DNA of 35,118 bases from positions 1 through 35,118 of IMG/VR virus record IMGVR_UViG_3300016476_000112; one strand, 5' to 3'. Both the position numbers and the translations under genes were made by a program. The notes beneath the pieces are model-generated. The model was not told the DNA's origin and searched no databases. It saw nothing but the letters and a program-made list of their open reading frames with translations. Of this stretch, positions 27,080 to 35,118 are shown in pieces. Each line of letters starts with the position of its first letter. Position 1 is the first letter of the stretch. The DNA comes from a virus. Taxonomy: Duplodnaviria > Caudoviricetes.

Positions 27080-27323
27080 TTGTCTCTCCTCGAAATACTT
27101 CGATGCTAAATCCGTGTTTTCTGAGCTCATTTAGTCTAAATTTTTGTAAGTCCGATACTTTACCTGTGGGTGTCTTCACCTCACTAAACAGAATCCCTTT
27201 CGTTGGATGCAAGGCTAGTAGGTCAGGGATACCATTCTTGTTGGTCTTAATTAACTTCAAGACATAATATCCCTCTTTCTCTAGTTGCTTAATTCGTTTG
27301 GATTGGATTTGTTGTTCTGTCAT
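27018..27323 (-). CDS. VRR-NUC domain nuclease / Holliday junction resolvase-like
   Basis: MTEQQIQ, GIPDLL, FSEVKTPTGKVSDLQ and LRKHGF motifs (PD-(D/E)xK). Adjacent to the helicase. Confidence 0.85.
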   Translation of the reverse strand: MTEQQIQSKRIKQLEKEGYYVLKLIKTNKNGIPDLLALHPTKGILFSEVKTPTGKVSDLQKFRLNELRKHGFSIEVFRGETNGGSTQESIQMDELDAGGYF

Positions 27324-27327
27324 GGGG

Positions 27328-28563
27328 CTACGAATTTAAGAAATCTTTCTTGAAAAAATTTAGAGTGTAATCCTTTTTTTGTTGGACTACTTCATAAATC
27401 TTCTCCTCGATTCCCCCAATTGTAAACACCCAGTACACCTTATTAAACTTGCGGTCGATGGTGGTCATCCTATCCTTGCTCTGCCAATATGATGTTGCAC
27501 TAAAGTCTATGTTATAGTACACCAAGAAGTCAGCATTGCGTAGGCTGATACCCTCACGTCCTGATACAATCTGAAGAGCAATGTTCTTATTGGTTGTATT
27601 GAACTCCTCAAGGTCATCAGTCAGGTCCTCACCGAACACAAACTTTAATGCATCCCACTCAGCCTTGAACTTATAGAAGATACCTATCTTCTTGTGTCTA
27701 AACTGCTCCTTGATATATTCAGCCTTGGTGTAGTCAAACACTAGTCGCTTACCTGATTCAAGTATGATGGTACCTGAGTACATCTGATGAAGTTTGTTCA
27801 TCATCTTAGCACCAGTGTCCGCAAGGATCACATCATCATCACCTTGCACAACAGAGTCCTTCTTTAACTTGTTAGCCAACTTGTATGTTATTGGCTTCAT
27901 GGCGATGCGTAGCACTGCCTCCTCCACCGATGTAGTAAAGCCAGCTTTCTCTTGTGTAAAAGATATCATCAGATGCTTGATAGCATCCATAATCTTATCC
28001 TTTAAAGCACCTGAGTAGTCATTGACTTTCATTGCACCGATGTATTTAATTTTAACCTTTACATAGTCATTAGCCCACCTATAAAAGTTGGCGTACATTT
28101 TAAATGGGTTGTTAGGATGCACATAAAATTGGTGGTATATCTGTGAGTAACTCTCAGGGGTTGGCGTTCCCGATAGGAATATAACCTTTGAGTTAAACTT
28201 TTTCACCAAGTCTTTTACCTGCTTCGCTCTTTTGCTAGGCTTAGGGAAAGCACCCATCGTGTGTGCTTCATCGCAAATTATAACGTCACATTTTAACTGC
28301 TCTAGTTTGTGTAGTGACTCATAGTTTACACACGTAAGGTTAAAGTTACAACCTAAATCTTTATGGTCTTTCTTAATACCGGGAACTACCTTAAGTTTAG
28401 TTATAAACAATACTTCTCTTGATCCTAACGCATCGCAAATAGCTAGAGATGTCATTGTCTTTCCGGTTCTTACCTCCATCGACAAATACAACATCCCATA
28501 CTCCTTAATAATGCCAATCCCGTCGCTTACTATCTTCTTTTGGTAATCCCTTAGTTGTATCAT
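27328..28563 (-). CDS. SNF2-like SF2 helicase (start probably MIQLRDYQ at 28563)
   Basis: LRDYQ, VRTGKT, DEAH, LSGTP, GREGISL and QSKDR motifs. Confidence 0.85.
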   Translation of the reverse strand: MIQLRDYQKKIVSDGIGIIKEYGMLYLSMEVRTGKTMTSLAICDALGSREVLFITKLKVVPGIKKDHKDLGCNFNLTCVNYESLHKLEQLKCDVIICDEAHTMGAFPKPSKRAKQVKDLVKKFNSKVIFLSGTPTPESYSQIYHQFYVHPNNPFKMYANFYRWANDYVKVKIKYIGAMKVNDYSGALKDKIMDAIKHLMISFTQEKAGFTTSVEEAVLRIAMKPITYKLANKLKKDSVVQGDDDVILADTGAKMMNKLHQMYSGTIILESGKRLVFDYTKAEYIKEQFRHKKIGIFYKFKAEWDALKFVFGEDLTDDLEEFNTTNKNIALQIVSGREGISLRNADFLVYYNIDFSATSYWQSKDRMTTIDRKFNKVYWVFTIGGIEEKIYEVVQQKKDYTLNFFKKDFLNS

Positions 28564-28780
28564 TTGCGAATGTTTTGTTGTAATAATGTTCTTCGTTTTC
28601 AGTGTTGTTAAGTTCCCACATTTCATCAACACATCCAGCTTTGTAAGCATCTTTTATCTGCTCTTTCTCCATTGCTTTGGCTTGTTCAATGTACTGTCTT
28701 GTCCTCCAACTATGATTAATGTCTAGATTATTATCCAATTTCTCAATCAAAAAATTAACTGCCGTTTGTTTAATTTCCAT
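28505..28780 (-). CDS. Hypothetical protein (91 aa)
   Basis: 'KQTAV..L.......EQAKAMEKEQIKDAY..G......E.YYN.TF' is a pattern I recognise from small Bacteroidota phage proteins. Confidence 0.65.
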   Translation of the reverse strand: MEIKQTAVNFLIEKLDNNLDINHSWRTRQYIEQAKAMEKEQIKDAYKAGCVDEMWELNNTENEEHYYNKTFANDTTKGLPKEDSKRRDWHY

Positions 28781-29045
28781 CTTTCATATCTTTTAATTGA
28801 TTATAAATAATAGCTATCATATCTTCGGGAACTAACTCTCCATCAATATAAACCTTTGAACCTGATATTCTCATTAGCTCCTTGGACTTATCCCATATCT
28901 CCATAAAATGGTCGCAGGTATTATCCTCTTTAATAGGAGTCTCTGCGAAATACGACTGCCTCCACTTGCTTGGGTTGGCAGTATAACGATAACACGTTTC
29001 TTTAATGGGGCAATTGTCTCCCCAGCACATTGTTATATCCGGCAT
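28770..29045 (-). CDS. Small Cys-rich hypothetical protein (start probably MPDITMC)
   Basis: 'MPDITMC.G..CP.KETCYRYTA.P...RQSYF......C..F' pattern, likely metal binding. Confidence 0.65.
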   Translation of the reverse strand: MPDITMCWGDNCPIKETCYRYTANPSKWRQSYFAETPIKEDNTCDHFMEIWDKSKELMRISGSKVYIDGELVPEDMIAIIYNQLKDMKDGN

Positions 29046-29047
29046 AG

Positions 29048-29902
29048 TTATAGTCCGCAGAATCCTGAGTCGCACTCGTTAAAGTCTGACTCAAATAATT
29101 CCACTTGTTTAAATGATTCTTTGATTTTATTATACGATGTACCCTTGATAAATCTAGCCGAGTCAGTCTCTTGGTTAGCAAACCAATCAAACTTATTGGG
29201 CTGAAGTTCCGACATTAACTTAAGTAAAGCAGGATTACGATGGAAACATCCAACACAATTGTTCATGTAGGCAAACCTTACAGGCTTATCCTTCCAATAT
29301 TCATGCACCTGCTCTCGCAATATGTTCTGCTCTATCAAAGGGAATCTAGGTGTACGATATGGAATAGAGTGCCACTTATGTCTACCACGTTCGTTGGTTG
29401 ACTTGATTACTCGAAAGTTCTCAATGCCATCAACGCATCGCTTCATCATATTGTTAGCACGTCTAGTCTCATTAGCCCTGAACCCAATACGCATCTCCAC
29501 TGGTAGTTCAGTGTTGGCTCTGCACCACTCAAAGATTGGGTTGACTTTCATATGAACTGTGCAGAATCTTTGCATTACGTTGGGCAAATACTTATAGTAT
29601 TCTCCGTTGTCTTTTCTGTTCTTGTTCACAATTGAGTCAAATGTTGGCCCGGTTATCCAAGTTATCTTTCTGCCCAAGTATTGCTCAAGATCCAACATAG
29701 TATAGATAATTGCATCTTCTTCAAGAGTCCCAATAAACTCAGTCTGAAGTTTATCTTCTACAATCTTTCTAATTGCATCATCTTTAAACTTACACGACTC
29801 ATCGGTCGTTCTTACCAAAGAAAATAAATCAACATCAGCTGGGAAATGAACCGCCATATAAGATGATGTTTTGCCTCCACTTAAAGAGTTAACTGTTGTC
29901 AT
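29048..29902 (-). CDS. PAPS reductase-family (PP-loop, Fe-S) protein (284 aa)
   Basis: SLSGGKTS PP-loop, RFCT..MK, IGFRANE.RR, NNCVGCF and C-terminal ECDSGFCGL. Confidence 0.8.
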   Translation of the reverse strand: MTTVNSLSGGKTSSYMAVHFPADVDLFSLVRTTDESCKFKDDAIRKIVEDKLQTEFIGTLEEDAIIYTMLDLEQYLGRKITWITGPTFDSIVNKNRKDNGEYYKYLPNVMQRFCTVHMKVNPIFEWCRANTELPVEMRIGFRANETRRANNMMKRCVDGIENFRVIKSTNERGRHKWHSIPYRTPRFPLIEQNILREQVHEYWKDKPVRFAYMNNCVGCFHRNPALLKLMSELQPNKFDWFANQETDSARFIKGTSYNKIKESFKQVELFESDFNECDSGFCGL

Positions 29903-32280
29903 ATCAATTCTAATTGTTTGTTATCTTCTTTCAATGGGAACACCATCCACTTGCCTGCACCATCACGACCCTCTACCGGGTTATGATTAGTAATATGTAG
30001 GCAGTAGGTACGTAGCCACGAGTTGAATCGTTGCTTAGATAACATACGGAACATGCCGTTGTTATCCGCTATAAACTTATCGAACACATCATCAGGTCTG
30101 AATCGCTGATTAACCGGTATGAATGTAGGACCAAACTCATGTGCCCATTCAGCAAACTCAGCATTTGTTTCTGCTCTGAACTTACGCTCTTTAAGATTAA
30201 CAAAGTTACACTTAACTAGACCAGTCTTTAGGTATCCTTGAAGCACTTTGATCATGTAGTTGTCGAACGCACACCAATCATCTTGGTTCCAATCATTGAA
30301 CAATAACCGACCAAACTCATCCTGAGGCGTGAAGTCTTTGGAATAGAATTGCTTAAACTCCATCTCCCACTTGCGTCTTTCAAATGAATTACCCTTACCT
30401 TGGATAGCATAGTTGGTTGTTATGACCACCTTAGGTGACTTATGGAATGGAATCTTTATTGCATCCTTGTTCTTACGCTCCACCGTAATACCCTCAGTGA
30501 CAACCGAGAATAAACGCTCGAAGTCAAAGTTCTTCTTGACATCATCGAACACCAACACCTGCGTGTCTGTGCTTACTAACTGGTAGGCAAAAGACTTGTC
30601 GAACGAGAATGACTTACCATCAATAGTCACAGCTTTCTTCATGCGACTGATGCCGTTCATGAATAGACCCTTACCAGTACCACCCTCAGGGTTCTCTGAT
30701 ATCACCTCATCATTGATGATTACTGCAGGGCAGTAGCCACCATTCTTAAATGCGTGCAGGATGAACCCGATGGTTGACTCGATGGATGCCACACGTTGGT
30801 CATCATTTCCACCGATGTTGCGAATGAATGTTTTGTAATCACACTCATCTGCGGGACAGAAGACAAAGTCACGCTGAATAACTTGGTCTGACCACACGTA
30901 GCCACCAAGGTCTTCATAGTTTAATAGCACTGTTTGATCCTTAGTCACCTTGACAACCCCATTCTTAAAGTATAGGTACGCCTCATCCTTTGTGTCCTCC
31001 ACAAAGTAGATGTTAACCGAGTCAAGCATAGACAAGAAGTCCTCTCTAAAGAAGCGAGTCTTATCAGCAAAGTAATTGTACACGCTCAGGTCTTGGAAGT
31101 TATTAAGGATGTGGTTTAACACGAAGTCCTTGATGTCATCCTCGGTACACATCTCAATTAGATTCTGATTGATACGTACAAAAATGAAACCCTTGTTACC
31201 CTCAGGCACGTACTTGCGATACCCATTATTCTCCAAGAATGTCTTTAGTTCGTAGTGCACCAATGACACGACACCTTTATCATTCTTAGTCCAAAATGTA
31301 TTCTTACTTTGCTCCTCCTCGATTCTAGTGAGTACTGAATCAATCGTTCCGTCCTCCACCCCGGAGGCTTTCAGTTGAGAACGGATGTCCTTTTTTGGCA
31401 CGCCACGACTTAGTTGATTCTTTGCAAAGTCAACACGTGATGTGTCCTCGAAGTACTTGGTCGCATACTTGTCTGTGTGGCGATACGCTGAGTCAATGAT
31501 ACCTTGTATCTCCTTGGTCGTAAAGTCTTCTGATGCGAATGCCATCAAGCGATACATCGCCTCAGACTTAGATACGCCATACTCATTGAACGCCATAGCA
31601 AGCACGAACAAGTTATTGTTGCGTGCACCTGATACGAACCCAAACTTATTGTCCCACCACTTAGCCAATCGATTAATGATTTCGTTCTCATCATCAATAG
31701 GTATGGTTGGTCTCATATCTTTAGTCACGTGCTCAATCTCCGCATCATCAATCTTATTCCATTCTAATGAATTAACATTGACAAAGATGGTCGGGTCATA
31801 CGACTCGTAGCATACACGTGACACGTTCTTAGATGTCTTATCAAACTGCTCGCAGTTATAGTAAGACTCTAATGCATTAAAGAAAGACTTGTGCCTTGTG
31901 GCATCAGCAGGTATCTTAACCAATACCTTTAAGCCGTTGCCTGATGGCGATATGAATACTGCGAACGTATAAGGGTCATTTGCTAATTCATCTTTCTTTG
32001 CTAGGATCTCATCATTGGATGGGAAGTCATCGAAGTCTAAACATATCAGACCACTATGCTCTATCAATGCTGAGTCCTCACGCTTAGAGAACTTTCCAGA
32101 GAAGCATACCGCAGGTAACTCTTGCTTGAGTTTGTTGCGTGTCTCCTTGTCTTTCTCTAATCTAATCTTACGGACTAAGTCCTTAGATTTCCCTTCTTTC
32201 ACCCTCGCCAGTATAGCAAGGACATCCCGATAGAAAGGAACAGATGTCTCCTTGATATTTGAAAAAATAGTTACTTGCAT
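29899..32280 (-). CDS. Primase-helicase: BT4734/VirE-N-like AEP domain, PriCT-like domain and SF3-like helicase (793 aa)
   Basis: K..LPAVCFSG.F, HSGLICLDFD, SPSGNGLK, D....VSR.C..SYDP, GARNNNLF, GGTGKG, FDDV and ITTN motifs. Confidence 0.85.
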   Translation of the reverse strand: MQVTIFSNIKETSVPFYRDVLAILARVKEGKSKDLVRKIRLEKDKETRNKLKQELPAVCFSGKFSKREDSALIEHSGLICLDFDDFPSNDEILAKKDELANDPYTFAVFISPSGNGLKVLVKIPADATRHKSFFNALESYYNCEQFDKTSKNVSRVCYESYDPTIFVNVNSLEWNKIDDAEIEHVTKDMRPTIPIDDENEIINRLAKWWDNKFGFVSGARNNNLFVLAMAFNEYGVSKSEAMYRLMAFASEDFTTKEIQGIIDSAYRHTDKYATKYFEDTSRVDFAKNQLSRGVPKKDIRSQLKASGVEDGTIDSVLTRIEEEQSKNTFWTKNDKGVVSLVHYELKTFLENNGYRKYVPEGNKGFIFVRINQNLIEMCTEDDIKDFVLNHILNNFQDLSVYNYFADKTRFFREDFLSMLDSVNIYFVEDTKDEAYLYFKNGVVKVTKDQTVLLNYEDLGGYVWSDQVIQRDFVFCPADECDYKTFIRNIGGNDDQRVASIESTIGFILHAFKNGGYCPAVIINDEVISENPEGGTGKGLFMNGISRMKKAVTIDGKSFSFDKSFAYQLVSTDTQVLVFDDVKKNFDFERLFSVVTEGITVERKNKDAIKIPFHKSPKVVITTNYAIQGKGNSFERRKWEMEFKQFYSKDFTPQDEFGRLLFNDWNQDDWCAFDNYMIKVLQGYLKTGLVKCNFVNLKERKFRAETNAEFAEWAHEFGPTFIPVNQRFRPDDVFDKFIADNNGMFRMLSKQRFNSWLRTYCLHITNHNPVEGRDGAGKWMVFPLKEDNKQLELI

Positions 32281-32573
32281 TTGCGTACTGGTGGTTCGAA
32301 GTTATCGTTAAAGAATTCCATAACAGATCCGTATGGAGACCTAAAATATTCCTCCCAAATATTTCCCCAAGATGGTTTAGGTTTTTCAGCTGTATAACCA
32401 TCTAAGGTGTATTCGGTAAATGATATAGTTTCAAGTCCTCTTCCATCAAAATAACGTACATTAGTTTCTGAATCAAACTTTATAGCAACATCGTGGTCGC
32501 CATCAAACATAGTAACTGTCCCCCACCCGTACCTAATATCGAAGACTCTGTCTCCTTTTTGAAATCTTTTCAT
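32271..32573 (-). CDS. Hypothetical protein with SH3-like N-terminus (100 aa)
   Basis: 'FQKGDRVFDIRYGWGTV' pattern. Overlaps the primase start. Confidence 0.6.
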   Translation of the reverse strand: MKRFQKGDRVFDIRYGWGTVTMFDGDHDVAIKFDSETNVRYFDGRGLETISFTEYTLDGYTAEKPKPSWGNIWEEYFRSPYGSVMEFFNDNFEPPVRKCK

Positions 32574-32795
32574 GTCGTTTTAGATTAAAGTTTACATTTG
32601 TACACTGAAAAGTGTACACTTTTTTTTAAAGTTTACATTTATAACTTACTGATATATAATAAGTTATATTTTATACTCTTTAATTATGTACAAAGTGAAC
32701 AAAATATATAAGAAAAAAGAAAAAAAATAATTTACTATAAAAGCAAAATATATATTTACGTAATCCCTACATATTTTGTTCATTTGTACACAAGA
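32574..32795. other. Putative replication origin: AT-rich non-coding region with direct and inverted repeats
   Basis: Largest non-coding gap in the window, between SSB and primase. Contains a 15-nt direct repeat, a 20-nt inverted repeat and four TGTACA palindromes. Confidence 0.55.
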
Positions 32796-33095
32796 TTAGA
32801 ATGGAAGATTATCCTCTTCGACAATTGGTGTAGGAGCCGGAGCTTGTGCAGACTTAGCAGTTGACCCACCTTCTGATGACCAAGCAATCTTGCCATTTCC
32901 TAGGTAGTTTTTCTTAGCCTTGGACTCACGCTCTTCTTTAGACTGAGACTCGTAGATACCTGCTTGGTTTCCGTACTGGTCTACCTCATCATTGATAGCG
33001 ATAGTAATGTTAAGATAAGTACCTTTATCTCCTTTGATTAATTTGTCCTTAGAGATTTTTGTTACATCAATAGATGCTGAAATTAATTGTGCCAT
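32796..33095 (-). CDS. Putative single-stranded DNA-binding protein (99 aa)
   Basis: Small beta-rich core, flexible linker and acidic 'EEDNLPF' SSB-type C-terminal tip. Follows the exonuclease and annealase. Confidence 0.65.
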   Translation of the reverse strand: MAQLISASIDVTKISKDKLIKGDKGTYLNITIAINDEVDQYGNQAGIYESQSKEERESKAKKNYLGNGKIAWSSEGGSTAKSAQAPAPTPIVEEDNLPF

Positions 33096-33107
33096 AATTG
33101 TTTTTGT

Positions 33108-33836
33108 TTATAAAGTTTCAAATTTAAAATACTGAGTAATGTCATCGGTCGCATTTGGCCCGAAGAACTTTTGGTAGACCTCGATAGCCTTGTAGACCTT
33201 CTCTCTACCACGATCTAAGAATTCATCTGAGCATTCAAATAAGCCCGTACGCAGACTATCTTTCTCTACTGCTATGAACACCATAGGTTTACCGAATAAC
33301 TGGTTGTAGATGTAAGCCTGAGAGTCGTAGTTATACTTGCGTGCAGAGAACTTGAAGTCATCAATGTTAGATGTGGTCTTTAAGTCGATAAGGATATCTT
33401 CACCGACAATGTCAGACTTACCCTTCCACTTCACACCACCAATCTCGCCGATGGCAGGTAACTCGTACACATTGGTCGAGTCACGTATCATGTCGTAGAA
33501 TGTTAGGTTACCCATCAATGCCTTCACCATTCGGTCGCATTCATCTGCTTCTTTCTGAAGCAATAACATGTCCGTGTTATGTGCAACCAGTGCTTCTTTG
33601 TAGATGTTGGTTGTACGTGTGGAGGCATCCACCTTCACAAAGTTTTCTAACTTGTGTGGCTCAAGAATAGATGTGTGAAAGTAAGACCCTGCAAGCATAG
33701 CAGGGGTCTTCTCTTTATCCTTGCCAAACTGCGTAGGGTTATACAATAGAGCACCGATGTCTGAGTTAGAAAGGTACTGCTTGCCGACACCTGAGTAATA
33801 CTCTTTGTCGTCCTTTAATGTTTCAATAATTCCCAT
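33108..33836 (-). CDS. PD-(D/E)xK exonuclease, RecE/ExoVIII C-terminal (DUF3799)-like (242 aa)
   Basis: LSNSDI, GSYFHTSILEP, KGKSD, IDLKTT, YDSQAYIY and FIAVEK motifs. Confidence 0.85.
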   Translation of the reverse strand: MGIIETLKDDKEYYSGVGKQYLSNSDIGALLYNPTQFGKDKEKTPAMLAGSYFHTSILEPHKLENFVKVDASTRTTNIYKEALVAHNTDMLLLQKEADECDRMVKALMGNLTFYDMIRDSTNVYELPAIGEIGGVKWKGKSDIVGEDILIDLKTTSNIDDFKFSARKYNYDSQAYIYNQLFGKPMVFIAVEKDSLRTGLFECSDEFLDRGREKVYKAIEVYQKFFGPNATDDITQYFKFETL

Positions 33837-34432
33837 TATTTCTTAAGTTTATTGATTGCTGACTTGACCTCATCTGATAACTCATACTTCTTGGATAAGT
33901 TCTTGAATACATCCTCAGACTTGAGTCCAATGTTATCGACAACATAGTTGACTACTTTACCCCAGTTCTCATCGCCTACTGCCAATGCAACTTTAGATGC
34001 AGGCTTAGGTGCCACCTTAGCAGGCGTGCCATCAGTAGCCTCAGGGAAATCTTCTTTAGCGTAAATGTTAAGAGCCAAGCCATGTAAAGCCAACGCCTTA
34101 ACCATTGACCTCTGAATTGTCTTGTTTACATCAAAAGAAGTAATACTTGCCAAAGGAATTGACTTGTTCATGTGGTTCATCACCGGCAGGTAGTCAATAC
34201 ACTCCAAACCATTGATGGTAACACCAACTTTCACCCAACATGTAGAACCATCAGTATGGTAATTCATGCCAGTCTCTGACTCATACACAGTACGTGTCAT
34301 GTCGGGGAATATTTCTTTAACAGCACCCCATGCTGTTGCCCAGCTGATGTAGGATAGATTTCCTCTCTTTTCTACTTTAGACGAGAGATTGATCGAGGAC
34401 AATACCTCGAATACTGATTTCGTTTTTTCCAT
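33836..34432 (-). CDS. Sak3/DUF1071-like single-strand annealing protein (198 aa)
   Basis: VEKRGNLSYISWATAW, LPVM..N and DVNKTIQRSMVKALALHGLALNIYAKED motifs. Confidence 0.85.
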   Translation of the reverse strand: MEKTKSVFEVLSSINLSSKVEKRGNLSYISWATAWGAVKEIFPDMTRTVYESETGMNYHTDGSTCWVKVGVTINGLECIDYLPVMNHMNKSIPLASITSFDVNKTIQRSMVKALALHGLALNIYAKEDFPEATDGTPAKVAPKPASKVALAVGDENWGKVVNYVVDNIGLKSEDVFKNLSKKYELSDEVKSAINKLKK

Positions 34433-34456
34433 TGTATTAGATTAAAAAGTGATGCA

Positions 34457-34464
34457 CAAATTTA
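34457..34464 (-). promoter_or_regulatory. TAnnTTTG promoter element (TAAATTTG on minus strand)
   Basis: Overlaps the stop of the upstream gene, 24 nt before the Sak3-like ATG. Confidence 0.5.
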
Positions 34465-34770
34465 ATTTTTTTCAGTAAATAAACAATAGCCTAGCAGTAA
34501 ATAATTATATAAATCTGCAAATCGTGACTCCAAAGGTTCAGCCTGTTTTAGATCAGGATTCTTTATGTGTGCCTGAATAGAGCTCAATTGCTTATCAAAA
34601 AAGATTGACCATACTTGCAAAGGAGTGACACCGGCACGCTTTGCCGACTCCTTAAAATTGTTGAGAACGTCTATGTTCTCTAATGTGTACTCAGGTTGCT
34701 TTGCCTCTCTTATGGACATCGCATGGTTGTATAGCGTATCGTACGCCTCGTTGAATTGTTCTTGTGTCAT
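34462..34770 (-). CDS. All-alpha nucleotide-modification-associated (Nmad1/DUF1599-like) or NTP-pyrophosphatase-like protein (102 aa)
   Basis: 'K..EY....D.L.NF.......G.....VW..F..K...........E.LESRFADLYNYL.L' pattern. Confidence 0.55.
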   Translation of the reverse strand: MTQEQFNEAYDTLYNHAMSIREAKQPEYTLENIDVLNNFKESAKRAGVTPLQVWSIFFDKQLSSIQAHIKNPDLKQAEPLESRFADLYNYLLLGYCLFTEKN

Positions 34771-35027
34771 TTTAAATATCTGTCTACTGCGTTTAAAATT
34801 TGCTCGTGATTAATAGCGTATGCTATCTTAATGTTAAAGTACTTGCGGTCAGTCATCCAATGCTCAGGCAAGTGGTCAAACTGAATAAGTAGGTAGTGGT
34901 AATCGCCTGATGATTTTAACACCAACAAATTGTTGCCACCAAGCACACTCGCATAGCGTAAGCCTCTCTCCCTGAGGGAACGCTTGGTCTTGTTGCACAA
35001 GCCAACCATGGTCATCTTTTTGCCCAT
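34767..35027 (-). CDS. Hypothetical protein (86 aa)
   Basis: ATGA overlap with the downstream gene, same strand as the operon. Confidence 0.5.
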   Translation of the reverse strand: MGKKMTMVGLCNKTKRSLRERGLRYASVLGGNNLLVLKSSGDYHYLLIQFDHLPEHWMTDRKYFNIKIAYAINHEQILNAVDRYLK

Positions 35028-35118
35028 TCTTCTGAGTAGTCAATAGGTGTATAGAACTTAGTTTGTACCCAACCAGTCTTGCGTAGTCTACGCTTTTTGT
35101 GGTCAATGTACGGGTAAA
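35012..35118 (-). CDS. C-terminal fragment of an upstream gene (...YPYIDHKKRRLRKTGWVQTKFYTPIDYSEEWAKR*)
   Basis: Minus-strand frame open from the window edge to TGA at 35012-35014, overlapping the next start. Confidence 0.35.
   Translation of the reverse strand, partial: YPYIDHKKRRLRKTGWVQTKFYTPIDYSEEWAKR

Noticed and set aside
28564-28650. N-terminal extension of the helicase ORF in the track (also the extended starts at 21866, 23165, 27130 and 29075)
   Set aside because: The extensions overlap upstream genes or regulatory elements, and downstream ATGs match the expected domain starts.
32599-32627. Hairpin plus T-run looks like a + strand terminator
   Set aside because: The stem is AT-rich, flanking genes are on the minus strand, and it is better explained as part of the repeat array of the putative origin.
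34876-35106. 76-aa minus-strand ORF
   Set aside because: It overlaps two better-coupled ORFs in other frames and has no recognisable features.
1-35118. tRNA genes, CRISPR arrays, integrase, introns/inteins, diversity-generating retroelement
   Set aside because: None seen by eye. Intergenic gaps are too short or too AT-rich, nrdA, nrdB and the helicases are uninterrupted, and no reverse transcriptase is present.

Overview
This window is part of the genome of a tailed dsDNA phage, most likely a podovirus infecting Bacteroidota. The head and tail genes resemble crAss-like and aquatic Flavobacteriia phages, but no virion RNA polymerase or DNA polymerase is visible here. There are two convergent arms that meet at a bidirectional terminator near 21,450. 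The + arm (1-21,442) is the virion module: terminase C-terminus, portal, scaffold, major capsid, ring/tail-tube proteins, a split tail nozzle with a BACON domain and Cys repeats, a GNAT-like protein and three putative ejection proteins. The - arm (21,495-35,118) carries nucleotide metabolism, replication and recombination genes: ferritin-like protein, metallophosphoesterase, NrdA/NrdB, MazG-like, VRR-NUC, SNF2-like helicase, PAPS-reductase-like, primase-helicase, a putative origin, SSB, exonuclease and a Sak3-like annealase. The most notable feature is that the 2059-aa ejection gene appears to encode hidden products absent from the ORF track. One is a -1 frame aromatic beta-hairpin-like tail reached through an A10 run (about 68-aa product). 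Another is a 43-aa basic 'MPFKS...' gene overprinted in the +1 frame, immediately upstream of an inserted ADP-ribosyltransferase-like domain. All functional calls come from motif recognition and gene order, not database searches.
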